Assembly: GCF_032062105.1 (NCBI RefSeq)
Contig: NW_026932781.1
Coordinates: forward strand, 1-52,163
Length of the DNA stretch: 52,163 nucleotides
Origin: Saccostrea cucullata
Lineage: Eukaryota
Reading direction: 5' to 3'
The translations under genes and the position numbers were made by a program. Positions 11,927 through 24,490 of this stretch are shown here, one piece after another; positions within the stretch are counted from its first letter, which is position 1; the number at the start of each line of letters is the position of its first letter. The notes beneath the pieces were generated by a model. It was not told where the DNA came from. It ran no database searches and saw only the letters and a list, made by a program, of their open reading frames with translations.

Positions 11927-12850
11927 TTTCTTGAAGTCTTCGTCCAGTTTTATCTCCTTAAACCTCATATGTCTTGTTCTGATTGGGGTTGAATGATAGT
12001 TATACCAAGTCCATTTGCATGAGTTTTTAAATCTATCCAAATGCGGAAGTGTAAGGAATAACCTTGATGTAGCCCTTTTTTCAGTCTTCGTTTTCTTGTT
12101 AATATTTTGTTCATCATTCTTAACTTCATATGTATCGTTAATATTCTAAAGTCATAATAATAGATAATGTTCAATTAATTGAGCCCTAAGAAATGTTAAA
12201 TCCTTATGTTTTCAGATGTCTTATGTCTTGATATCTGCTTATTGTAATTGATTTTTAATATAATTAATTATCATACCAATTCTGCCCAGAGGCATGAAGT
12301 TCAAATTGTCATACAGAGTAAACCCTTATTGTAGAATTTATTCAGGTAATTTACTATCACATAATATCTGGAAAAAGAATTTTTTGACCCAATTTAACAG
12401 AAAAGTCAATGCAACCTAAAAAATCAGAATTAAATTGTAATCCGAATATTTAATTCATGCACCTTTGCATTTTTGGGGGGTTAAAAATAAACAACTGTTT
12501 CATATAAAAATCATTTATTTATTTATTTTTCAATCTGTGCTATGATCATTTTTTTAATATTCCTTATTAAAAAGTACACAGCAAAACATGCAATTCAGTG
12601 ATTATCTTACAAACTTGCTGTCAAATGACAGAATGATCTGACAAAATACGAGAAAAATATCAATTAAGTCCATAATACAAGAATTGAAACGATTCACATT
12701 TATTTATATCAATTTAAGCCATTAATTTTTAACCTTGTCATTAAACAACCCATCATGAATTACAGACTTTCACATATAATTGTGAAATAATAATAATGAA
12801 AACTTAGAAGAATTCTTTTCACAATTAACGCTTCTCAATTTTGCCAATGT

Positions 12851-13647
12851 TCATTTTAGACTATCTCCCACCAGCTCTTCAAGTTCCTTCTGGAGTCTTG
12901 CTTTCTCTCTTTGCGCTCTTTTCTTCTTCACGATATTTTTCACCTTCTCTTGTAAATAGAGTGCAAAATCGCCCTTAATGTCCGGCTTCCACTCTGGGGC
13001 CCAAATTCTATCCCGCACTCCCTCCTCGATCAGTTTTTGGATATCCACCAATTTTGCTATTTAACACGAAATAACAGTTAACTTTTTCAAAATACTTTAT
13101 AACAAGGGAATTATTCAAAAACGTCAGCCAACACAATCATTTTTATTCTCATTAATTAATATCCTTTCCCGTTAATCTACAGAGAATATGTTATACTTAC
13201 TTGGTGTATTTGTCTCCTGCCCCTACCCAATAATGGATATATGCAAGCTGAAGTTGGCTGACTTTCTCTTTCTCTGGACGGTAGGTGATGCCCTCTAATA
13301 CTTCCTCGACTTTCTCTCGCATGTCTTCTTTCAAATCATCCACCGACAAGGCAACTTCTTCTTCTTCCTCCTCCTCCTCACTCTCCTCTTCTATTAACTT
13401 TCTTTTAACTCCCTTTCCGGACTCAACTTCACTTTCTAGGGTCTCCACCCTGACTTTAACTTCTTTCAATTCATTACTAAACTTTACCATAGTCTCCATA
13501 ACGAATTCTCGCAAACCTTCATACTTTGCGTCGTTTTCATCTATCAAAATGAAAATGGTATGTGAAGTTAAAATATGCTTGCTATAGAAAATATCTTTCC
13601 AGAAACATGTAAACTACAATACCTTCTGATAGATTTCCTTTCTCCAT
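12851..13647 (-). pseudogene. Small spliced gene, copy 2, frameshifted
   Basis: A 2-bp deletion near 13220 (ctcctgcccctacc versus ctcctgcacccctacc) shifts the frame before the last intron. Confidence 0.7.
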
Positions 13648-14906
13648 ACTTCTTTTACAAGACGAATGACAAATCTGTAATACAAGTGAACATCGCAAAA
13701 TAATTGGAAAAACAAATTTGTGGGAAGATATTATAATTTCATAAAACCAAAACATACTAATCTTATGTATAATAGGAGTTTTATTGTCTTATCTTTGAAG
13801 GTCTATACATACTCAATAATTACACCTTCATTCACAAATAACTATTTATTTGAAGCTGCTCAGAGAGAACCAAATACTAAATTTTGCAGCCCATAAAAAT
13901 TAATTCTTACCTCTAAGAATTGCTTTCAATTTAAAGGATCCTAATTCTTGTACGGAAATAGCCGTCCACACTATAGGAGTGACAAGGTACAAATGACTGC
14001 AGCTAGCTGTGTCAACGTTAGCGCGCGCTCTGAGTGATGGGAAAGCGCACTTCACACCCCTTTGTGTATTGTGAATTCACAAGCTCAGCGTTCTTAGGTA
14101 AGTGTTTGCAGCTGTCAAATTCTAGAGTCCAGTCTTGTCCTGTAATGCATTTAGAGTTAGGGAAAACATATTATGGTGAACGTTCTAAAATATAAAACAA
14201 TTTTTGTAAAACGAACAACACTTTTGACATAGGTTTTTTTGTGTGTTATTTATTTATGCTTTATTCGCAGACAAAGACTTATTCCTGCGAATTTAAACCT
14301 TCTGATAAAATATAAAATGCGTTCAACAATTCAGCGTATTCTCTCTAGGGGAATTTAACGGATTTTGTGATTTTGTGAAAATATGATCCCGATAAAATAA
14401 TCATTCCTTGGGGTAAATGGATGTTCTTAATCACTTCCTTGGGTTACTTTACTAAAAATTGTTATTTTCTTTCTAAATAGATATTTGGAATCAGCTTCGA
14501 CAGAATATATTATGTTATGCAGTTTTCAATTTTATTAATTAAGAAACATGACTTAAGTAACTTTTCGATAAATGTTTAATATGTAAATATAAGTCAAAAG
14601 GTTCTGAATCGGATTTAACGCAAAATTATGTAATCTGATACGAAATAAATTGGAAAAACTCTCATGACCTTTATTAATTTCATATGTAGACATTGCAAAT
14701 ATTCATAACATCAGACATTTCATCAGTAATAAATTATTATAGGTCAACAACTGTTAAATGTTAAAAAAAACAATTCATAAATGTTTTTTTTTTGTATCAT
14801 CTCGAATTATCTCTCTAACTCCTACATTTCCGTCCAAAACTGTTATATCTTCTGACTTGAGAAAGTTTATAAAAGCGTCAAAACATTTCGGTGTGTTTAA
14901 ATGTGC

Positions 14907-17693
14907 TTATTTATTTGAAACTCTCTTCAGTTTTGTTTCGAAAGCCCTGAACGTACGGAAAGGAATATTTGATTTTAAACACTGTAATTTAAAGTGTTCG
15001 TATTTTTGGTGAACGCTTATCTTCTCCAAGCTTTGAGCATGCAGGAATTCCAGCTCTTGTGCCGACCAGGGAGCTTTATAAGATGTGGAAATCGGGTAGC
15101 AGGAGGAAGTTCTCCGAAGTCCTATGTTTTTATCAAAAAGAATGGGGTCATCATCGCGATCACCATATTCATCAGTGACATTTCCAGGTAGTTCTGCGAC
15201 TTCCTGTTCTGTTTCCTTTCTCTCGTCCTTTTTGTTAGTTTTCTGTTCTTCTCCTGTCAATATTTCCAGTTTATGTGGGATTGTAAAGTGCAAGCGATTC
15301 AACTGCAAATTGCGGAATCTAAAATTGGCCAATTGTAACTTGGACAAAATCTCTAATGCAATCAACTTGTTCTTGTGTAAGGGTAGATCAGTCATAAGAA
15401 CCACTAGCCTGTCATATTCAACGAAATGGCCCTGCATCAAAAGAGCAATACAGCTTATGAACGTCATTGTTATCACTGTTTGATCCATGTCCATTTTCTC
15501 TCTTTTCAACTTTCGAAGACACATTGATACCCAGGGAAGTATCTTTGGTGTTTTCTTTATTTTGCTTGGATACACAAGGCCCCGTTTTTCGAGTTCACCT
15601 TTAACTAGATCAGATATTGTAATTAGTGTAGCTTCGGTGATATCTGTCGATTCTTTGTCATACACAACCGCCCAAAACTTGTCCTTAAAGGACCAAGTAA
15701 GGGTCATGTTTCCATGTTTGTCGTATGTGGTCACCGCGGGAAAATGTTTAAGCTCCAGTTCCAGTAATCCGGCCTCTATGATCTCTGCCAATGGAAGGTT
15801 ACTTTTATCCAAAAGTAAGTTCAAGCTGGGAAAAACCATTTGGGCATTAGTTCTCCTGTTTGTTGTTAGCAGTTTTACTAGCGACTTGAGGGTTACAGCT
15901 CCTACTGTATTAAAAGTGGTCTTACAGGACTTCATCTGTCTTAGGAAATCTTCAAACAGAACATAACTAGCCATCTTGCCAGTTTCGTGCAAGTCATGTA
16001 GTAAGGCAACGACCAGATGTCTACCAATAACTCCGTAGCTGCCATCCAAGTGATCGTGTAATCCCACTGATCGTGTTATCATCTTACTTATAGCCTCAGA
16101 TGTTGTCCATATTTCTGGTGGTGGAATACTATATTCGTTTTGCATACAGGTTGAGTACACTTCTAAAGATAGGAATCCAAAGTGGTCACTCACACTCCGA
16201 CTGGGTCCAAGAGCGCCGGGTCCCAGATTTATTGAGTATGTTGTGCTCCTTCCACAAAGTGGTTTTCCCCACAACATTTTTTCTGAGGCTAGTTCTAACT
16301 GGTAGGATTGCCAGGTAGCAAGCACATTTCCTGTTTTCTGATACTCGTTCAAAAGTTCCTGAAGTTCCTTGCAAATCCATAAGCCCAAATGTCTAATGCA
16401 TGTGAGAATTTGACTGGGAAAAGGCACCAACATAGGACAACTTTCTAACAGAAATTCAAGATTTGTTATATCAATAAAATCCAAGGCATGCAAATGGTCT
16501 GCAACAGAATCCTGTGAGACGACAAATTCTATCCTACATGCACTTTTCCTCAGCAATGTCCAGTTACTTTGTAATGTTGATATATAATGCTCTGCGTCAC
16601 GTAGAAATGCTTCCGCTGTCGATCGTGGGAAACACATACCCCCAACAATGCAGCCAGACACTGGATGATATCGTCCATTTGGTTGCCGGTGTGGAATGTC
16701 AGCATAAAGCTGTACAAATTGAACATCTTGTGGAAAACGACAAATCTTCATCAAACAATCTTTAACATCCATTGCTCTGCCATCTAAATTGCTCTGATAA
16801 TTACCGCAGTCTGTGAACGATAAGCAGCTACTTAGTGTTCCTCTGTGGCCAATAACTTGTTCCAAACCTACTGTGGACCAAAGCAGATCAACGTCTTCAC
16901 TGTCTGACAAAATGTTTCCGGCAACATGAATAGTTGTACGCAGTATTAATTCGGTAAAGAAATCTGACAAGGATAGCCCACATGTCATTTTTTCACCAAA
17001 TCTGAAGCAAAATATGATTGGTCTTAAAAATCCACTTTGAGGCAGTTCGTCTAAAGATGTTTGCAATGCTTCGAGTATGGGACAACAGTCATCAGGTAAA
17101 ATGAACATTTTTCGAGCGTCATTAATGTCATTCTTTTGCAGAGTTCTCGTTGCCTCCCCCCTCAAGGCAAGTGTCATTAGTGAAGTTTTAAAACTTTCCC
17201 TCAGCTGGAAAAAGGTGGCTAAGGTTTGTTGTCTTACTTGCTGCTTTGATAACGCAACTGAATGCATTTGGTGCACAGGAATTAATCCTATCCAACATTC
17301 CCATCCCCTCTCATAGAATAATTGAAAGCCTAGGCTGTTTGAAAATGTCATGAGTTCGCTTTTACTATACTGTGGTAATTTTATATGTTTTTTCAAAACG
17401 CTTCTAACATTCCGTAAACTGGCATGATCGTGGGGAAACAGAGTAATATGTCTCACTGGCATTCTAATTGCTGTCAAAGATTTTAATTCCAAAACGCATC
17501 CATCAATATCGAATGAATATCTCAACCATACTTCTCTGTCTACTTCATCGACTGTCAAACATCTTCCATAAATTCGTTCATCCCTTCTTAAAAAGAGTTG
17601 AGGTGTTTCAGATAAAGAATTGTATAGCTTTGCTAAATTAAAGTTCTCTTGCACGGTTTCAGAAAAAGTTTGTACACTTTCATCAACGTCCAT
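14907..17693 (-). CDS. 928-aa protein of unknown family with Myb/SANT-like C-terminus, copy 2 (intact)
   Basis: 2787-nt uninterrupted ORF in AT-rich DNA. Copy 4 differs by many synonymous changes. The C-terminus WSAQELEFL...RTFRAFETKLKR resembles a Myb fold. Confidence 0.9.
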   Translation of the reverse strand: MDVDESVQTFSETVQENFNLAKLYNSLSETPQLFLRRDERIYGRCLTVDEVDREVWLRYSFDIDGCVLELKSLTAIRMPVRHITLFPHDHASLRNVRSVLKKHIKLPQYSKSELMTFSNSLGFQLFYERGWECWIGLIPVHQMHSVALSKQQVRQQTLATFFQLRESFKTSLMTLALRGEATRTLQKNDINDARKMFILPDDCCPILEALQTSLDELPQSGFLRPIIFCFRFGEKMTCGLSLSDFFTELILRTTIHVAGNILSDSEDVDLLWSTVGLEQVIGHRGTLSSCLSFTDCGNYQSNLDGRAMDVKDCLMKICRFPQDVQFVQLYADIPHRQPNGRYHPVSGCIVGGMCFPRSTAEAFLRDAEHYISTLQSNWTLLRKSACRIEFVVSQDSVADHLHALDFIDITNLEFLLESCPMLVPFPSQILTCIRHLGLWICKELQELLNEYQKTGNVLATWQSYQLELASEKMLWGKPLCGRSTTYSINLGPGALGPSRSVSDHFGFLSLEVYSTCMQNEYSIPPPEIWTTSEAISKMITRSVGLHDHLDGSYGVIGRHLVVALLHDLHETGKMASYVLFEDFLRQMKSCKTTFNTVGAVTLKSLVKLLTTNRRTNAQMVFPSLNLLLDKSNLPLAEIIEAGLLELELKHFPAVTTYDKHGNMTLTWSFKDKFWAVVYDKESTDITEATLITISDLVKGELEKRGLVYPSKIKKTPKILPWVSMCLRKLKREKMDMDQTVITMTFISCIALLMQGHFVEYDRLVVLMTDLPLHKNKLIALEILSKLQLANFRFRNLQLNRLHFTIPHKLEILTGEEQKTNKKDERKETEQEVAELPGNVTDEYGDRDDDPILFDKNIGLRRTSSCYPISTSYKAPWSAQELEFLHAQSLEKISVHQKYEHFKLQCLKSNIPFRTFRAFETKLKRVSNK

Positions 17694-17810
17694 CTGAAAT
17701 TAGAAAAACATTGTTTTTAGAATGGTACTCTTTGCAAAAGATGTAAAATCCAGAAAAAATTCATGTGCTGAAAATTATACTAACAATATCAAAAAATCCT
17801 GCATAAAAAT

Positions 17811-18302
17811 AACCCTGGGTTAAACCCGTGTATATTCTGGGTTAGACTTGGGTTTATCCTGGGTTAGACCCGGGTATATCCTGGATTATACCTGGGTTAT
17901 ACCCAGGTATATCCTGGGTTATACCTGGGTATCTCTCGGGTTATACCCGGGTTAATCCTGGGTTATACCCGGGTTTATCCTGGGTTATACCCGAGTATAT
18001 CTTGGGTTATACCCGGGTTTATCCAGGGTTAAACCCAGGTATATCTCGGGTTATACCCGGGTTAATCCTTGGTTATACCCGGGTTTATCCTGGGTTATAC
18101 CCGGGTTTATCCTGGGTTATACCCGGGTTTATCCTGGGTTAAACCCAGGTATATCTTGGGTTAAACCCGGGTATACCTGGGGTTTAAACCGGGGTATACC
18201 TAGGGTACCCGGGTTACCCGGGTATACCCGGGGTTAACCCGGGTATACCTAGGGTATACCCGGGTTAAACCCGGGTATACCAAGGGTATACCTGGGTATA
18301 CC
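17811..18302. repeat. 11/22-bp palindromic minisatellite, copy 2
   Basis: Same unit as copy 1, different copy number. Confidence 0.95.
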
Positions 18303-18771
18303 ACTGGTGTTCATACCCAGCATGATTTTAATTTTAATCAATGACCTTAATTTCAATCAATATGCTCTTATTGTATAATTAAAAGGAATATATCATAATT
18401 ACTTATTGAAAATACACTTTTATTTACCAGGTATAACTGAAAAATACAAAAAATATACATAAACTTTGTCCTTTTAAACACAAATAATTCAATATACTTT
18501 CGTAAATTTTGAATGCTAAAATAAGGCAAAGTTATGCATAACTTCTAAAAAAAGATGTCGTTGTTTTCTCAAAAAACACATAATAATTAGCAATTAAAAA
18601 AAATCAATTGAAATATTACCTTAGATTAAGAAAATCACCCATTAAATACACCACAGTATATAAGCGTCTGAATCGAAAGAAATCCAGCAACAAAATACCT
18701 ACTTTCACAATAAAATGATTGACAATCACGTGATAAAATAGGCGGAGTTCCGCATTCCCGCACCCGCATCA

Positions 18772-18920
18772 NNNNNNNNNNNNNNNNNNNNNNNNNNNNN
18801 NNNNNNNNNNNNNNNNNNNNNNNNNNNNNNNNNNNNNNNNNNNNNNNNNNNNNNNNNNNNNNNNNNNNNNNNNNNNNNNNNNNNNNNNNNNNNNNNNNNN
18901 NNNNNNNNNNNNNNNNNNNN
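18772..18920. other. N-run (149 nt), probably masked (CCCTAA)n
   Basis: Followed by mixed ccctaa and satellite sequence. Confidence 0.55.
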
Positions 18921-21900
18921 TCCCTTTAAACCCTAACCCTAACCCTAACCCTATAGGTAATGTTCACCAAAAAACCCTCAACCCTAACCCTAACCCTAAT
19001 TTTTAGGGTTTAAGGGTTATCCCTTTAAACCTGGTGTTCATATTTGGGTTGTAACCTAAGTAGGTAATGTTCAATCCAAAAAACCCTCAACCCTAACCCG
19101 GAAGTTAAAGGGTCAACCCTAACTTAACCCTGATTTTAACCCTAAGTTATCCCTTTAAACCCTGGTTTTCATATTTGGGATGTACCCCTCAACCCTAAGG
19201 GTTATGAGTTAACCCCTTTAAACAGGGTTATCTTTAAACTTCATATCTGGTGTTCATATTCGGGTTATAAGCTAAGGAGGTGATGGTTGATCGATTGACC
19301 CCTCAACCCTGCCCGAACCCGGAAGTTAAAGGGTCAACCCTGGTATCTTAAACTTTAACCCTAGGTGATGGTTCTTAAGGGTTATCCCTTTAAACCCTAT
19401 CCTTGTTCTTGCCCGAACCCGGAAGTTAAAGGGTCAACCCTGAGTTAACACTGATTTTTAGGGTCCATTCAGGGTGTTCCCTTTAAACTTCATATCTGTT
19501 GTTCATATTTGGGTCGTGAGCTAAGTTGTCGATGTTCAATCCAAAAAACCCTCAACCCTGCCCGAACCCGGAAGTTAAAGGGTCAACCCTGAGTTAACCC
19601 TGATTTTCAGGGTTTATGCAGGGTTATCCCTTTAAACTTCATATCTGGTGTTCATATTTGGGTTGTAAGCTAAGTAGGTGATGGTTAATCGATTGACCCC
19701 TCAACCCTGCCCGAACCCGGAAGTTAAAGGGTCAACCCTGCGTTAACCCTGATTTTTAGGGTCCATTCAGGGTTATCCCTTTAAACTTCATCTCTGGTGT
19801 TCATATTCGGTGTTCATATTAACCCTGGGTTGTTATCCCTTAAGTTGTAAGCTAAGTAGATGTTCAATCCAAAAAACCCTCAACCCTTCCCGAACCCGGA
19901 AGTTAAAGGGTCAACCCTGAGTTAACCCTGATTTTTAGGGTCCATTCAGGGTTATCCCTTTAAACTTCATATCTGGTGTTCATATTTGGGTTGTAAGCTA
20001 AGTAGGTGATGTTCAATCCAAAAAACCCTCAACCCTTCCCCATTTCATTAAAGGGTAAAACTCTCTATGAAAAAAAATCAGTAAAATGACCTACAATTAT
20101 CACGTGATTTTTTTGGGCATTAAGAGCAACTTACCAGGTAGTTCAATAAAAGCCCCATTACCCTACCCGTTCAAAGCTGAATCAATGCTAATTTCTTTGT
20201 AAGAACCAAAAAATTAAATTATTCTTGTTTACGAAATTAAATTATTATTTTTTACTTACACCCTGATTTTCAGGGTTGAATAGCAGTAATTAATCCCTTT
20301 AAACTTCATATCTGGTGTTCATATTCGGGTTTAAAGGGTCAACCCTGGTTAACCCTAACCCGAACCCGGAAGTTAAAGGGTCAACCCTGAGTTAACCCTG
20401 ATTTTCAGGGTTTCTGCAGGGTTATCCCTTTAAACTTCATATCTGGTGTTTATATTCGGGTTGTAAGCTAAGTAGGTGATGGTTGATCGATTGACCCCTC
20501 AACCCTGCCCGAACCCGGAAGTTAAAGGGTCAACCCTGAGTTAACCCTGATTTTCAGGGTTTATGCAGGGTTATCCCTTTAAACTTCATATCTGGTGTTC
20601 ATATTCGGGTTGTAAGCTAAGTAGGTGATGTTCAATCCAAAAAACCCTCAACCCTTCCCGAACCCGGAAGTTAAAGGGTCAACCCTGAGTTAACCCTGAT
20701 TTTTAGGGTCCATTCAGGGTTATCCCTTTAAACTTCATATCTGGTGTTCATATTCGGGTTGTAAGCCCAAAAAACCCTCAACCCTTCCCGAACCCGGAAG
20801 TTAAAGGGTCAACCCTGAGTTAACCCTGATTTTCAGGGTTTATGCAGGGTTATCCCTTTAAACTTCATATCTGGTGTTCATATTCGGGTTGTAAGCTAAG
20901 TAGGTGATGGTTGATCGATTGACCCCTCAACCTTTCCCGAACCCGGAAGTTAAAGGGTCAACCCTGAGTTAACCCTGATTTTTAGGGTCCATTCAGGGTT
21001 ATCCCTTTAAACTTCATATCTGGTGTTCATATTTGGGTTGTGAGCTAAGTAGTCAATGTTCAATCCAAAAAACCCTCAACCCTTCCCGAACCCGGAAGTT
21101 AAAGGGTCAACCCTGAGTTAACCCTGATTTTCAGGGTTTATGCAGGGTTATCCCTTTAAACTTCATATCTGGTGTTCATATTCGGGTTGTAAGCTAAGGA
21201 GATGATGTTCAATCGAATGAACCCTCTGAGTTAACCCCCAGGGTTATCCCTTTAAACTTCATATCTGGTGTTCCGATGAACCCGGAAGTTAAAGGGTCAA
21301 CCCTGAGTTAACCCTGATTTTCAGGGTTTATGCAGGGTTATCCCTTTAAACTTCATATCTGGTGTTCATATTCGGGTTGTAAGCTAAGGAGGTGATGGTT
21401 GATCGATTGACCCCTCAACCCTTCCCGAACCCGGAAGTTAAAGGGTCAACCCTGAGTTAACCCTGATTTTTAGGGTCCATTCAGGGTTATCCCTTTAAAC
21501 TTCATATCTGGTGTTCATATTTGGGTTGTAAGCTAAGTAGGTGATGTTCAATCCAAAAAACCCTCAACCCTGCCCGAACCCGGAAGTTAAAGGGTCAACC
21601 CTGAGTTAACCCTGATTTTCAGGGTTTATGCAGGGTTATCCCTTTAAACTTCATAGCTGGTGTTCATATTCGGGTTGTAACTTAAGGAGATGATGTTCAA
21701 TCGAATGAACCCTCAACCCTGGCCTAACCCGGAAGTTAAAGGGTCAACCTTGAGTTAACCCTGATTTTCAGGATTTATGCAGGGTTATCCCTGTAAACTT
21801 CATATCTGGTGTTCATATTCGGGTTGTAAGCTAATGAAGTGATGGTTGATCGATTGACCCCTCAACCCTTCCCGAACCCGGAAGTTAAAGGGTCAACCCT

Positions 21901-22767
21901 GAGTTAACCCTGATTTTTAGGGTCCATTCAGGGTTATCCCTTTAAACTTCATATCTGGTGTTCATATTTGGGTTGTGAGCTAAGTTGTCGATGTTCAATC
22001 CAAAAAACCCTCAACCCTTCCCGAACCCGGAAGTTAAAGGGTCAACCCTGAGTTAACCCTGATTTTCAGGGTTTATGCAGGGTTATCCCTTTAAACTTTA
22101 TAGTTAGTGTTCATATTCGGGTTGTAACTTAAGGAGATGATGTTCAATCGAATGAACCCTCAACCCTGGCCCAACCCGGAAGTTAAAGGGTTTACCCTGA
22201 GTTAACTCTGATTTTCAGGGTTTATGCAGGGTTATCCCTTCAAACTTCATATCTGGCGTTTATATTCGGGTTGTGAGTTAAGATGATGATGTTCAATCGA
22301 ATGAACCCTCAACCCTACCCCAACCCGGAAGTTAAAGTAACCCTGAGTTAACCCTGATTTTCAGGGTTGAACCAGGGTTATCCTTTTAAAGTTCATATCT
22401 GGTGTTCATATTAGGGTTGTAAGTTAAGGAGATGATGATTAATGGATTGAACCCTCAACCCTTCCCAAAACCGGAAGTTAAGGGGACAACCCTGAGTTAA
22501 CCCTGATTTTCAGGGTTGAACCAGGGTTATCCCTCTAAACTTCATATCTGATGTTCATCTACGGGTTGTAAGTTAAGGAGAAGTTAAAGGGTCAACCCTG
22601 AGTTTACCCTGATTTTTAGGGTCCTTCGACGGTTATTCCTTTAAACTTCATATCTGGTGTTTATATTTGGGTTGTTATATAAGTAGATATAAGTAGATGA
22701 TGTTTAATAGAATGAACCTCAAGCCTTCCCGAACCCAGAATTTAAATGGATGAGTCCGAGTTTACCC
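18921..22767. repeat. 149-bp satellite array, copy 3
   Basis: Same monomer. The left ~500 bp is a mosaic of telomere repeat and satellite, and unique sequence interrupts the array at about 20041-20220. Confidence 0.9.
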
Positions 22768-23691
22768 TTTCTTGAAGTCTTCGTCCAGTTTTATCTCCTT
22801 AAACCTCATATGTCTTGTTCTGATTGGGGTTGAATGATAGTTATACCAAGTCCATTTGCATGAGTTTTTAAATCTATCCAAATGCGGAAGTGTAAGGAAT
22901 AACCTTGATGTAGCCCTTTTTTCAGTCTTCGTTTTCTTGTTAATATTTTGTTCATCATTCTTAACTTCATATGTATCGTTAATATTCTAAAGTCATAATA
23001 ATAGATAATGTTCAATTAATTGAGCCCTAAGAAATGTTAAATCCTTATGTTTTCAGATGTCTTATGTCTTGATATCTGCTTATTGTAATTGATTTTTAAT
23101 ATAATTAATTATCATACCAATTCTGCCCAGAGGCATGAAGTTCAAATTGTCATACAGAGTAAACCCTTATTGTAGAATTTATTCAGGTAATTTACTATCA
23201 CATAATATCTGGAAAAAGAATTTTTTGACCCAATTTAACAGAAAAGTCAATGCAACCTAAAAAATCAGAATTAAATTGTAATCCGAATATTTAATTCATG
23301 CACCTTTGCATTTTTGGGGGGTTAAAAATAAACAACTGTTTCATATAAAAATCATTTATTTATTTATTTTTCAATCTGTGCTATGATCATTTTTTTAATA
23401 TTCCTTATTAAAAAGTACACAGCAAAACATGCAATTCAGTGATTATCTTACAAACTTGCTGTCAAATGACAGAATGATCTGACAAAATACGAGAAAAATA
23501 TCAATTAAGTCCATAATACAAGAATTGAAACGATTCACATTTATTTATATCAATTTAAGCCATTAATTTTTAACCTTGTCATTAAACAACCCATCATGAA
23601 TTACAGACTTTCACATATAATTGTGAAATAATAATAATGAAAACTTAGAAGAATTCTTTTCACAATTAACGCTTCTCAATTTTGCCAATGT

Positions 23692-24490
23692 TCATTTTAG
23701 ACTATCTCCCACCAGCTCTTCAAGTTCCTTCTGGAGTCTTGCTTTCTCTCTTTGCGCTCTTTTCTTCTTCACGATATTTTTCACCTTCTCTTGTAAATAG
23801 AGTGCAAAATCGCCCTTAATGTCCGGCTTCCACTCTGGGGCCCAAATTCTATCCCGCACTCCCTCCTCGATCAGTTTTTGGATATCCACCAATTTTGCTA
23901 TTTAACACGAAATAACAGTTAACTTTTTCAAAATACTTTATAACAAGGGAATTATTCAAAAACGTCAGCCAACACAATCATTTTTATTCTCATTAATTAA
24001 TATCCTTTCCCGTTAATCTACAGAGAATATGTTATACTTACTTGGTGTATTTGTCTCCTGCACCCCTACCCAATAATGGATATATGCAAGCTGAAGTTGG
24101 CTGACTTTCTCTTTCTCTGGACGGTAGGTGATGCCCTCTAATACTTCCTCGACTTTCTCTCGCATGTCTTCTTTCAAATCATCCACCGACAAGGCAACTT
24201 CTTCTTCTTCCTCCTCCTCCTCACTCTCCTCTTCTATTAACTTTCTTTTAACTCCCTTTCCGGACTCAACTTCACTTTCTAGGGTCTCCACCCTGACTTT
24301 AACTTCTTTCAATTCATTACTAAACTTTACCATAGTCTCCATAACGAATTCTCGCAAACCTTCATACTTTGCGTCGTTTTCATCTATCAAAATGAAAATG
24401 GTATGTGAAGTTAAAATATGCTTGCTATAGAAAATATCTTTCCAGAAACATGTAAACTACAATACCTTCTGATAGATTTCCTTTCTCCAT
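23692..24490 (-). CDS. Small spliced gene, copy 3 (intact)
   Basis: Same exon structure as copy 1 at offset +21797. Confidence 0.75.

Larger units (their letters stand above)
8038..18771 (-). mobile_element. Telomere-associated tandem element, copy 2
   Basis: Full unit: satellite, small gene, intact 928-aa ORF, minisatellite and terminus. Confidence 0.85.

Noticed and set aside
14907-17693. Large ORF as RT/telomerase, Helitron RepHel, Y'-type helicase, tyrosine recombinase or DDE transposase
   Set aside because: I found no YxDD in RT context, no Walker A, no convincing HUH plus YxxK pair, and no RHRY or DDE pattern.
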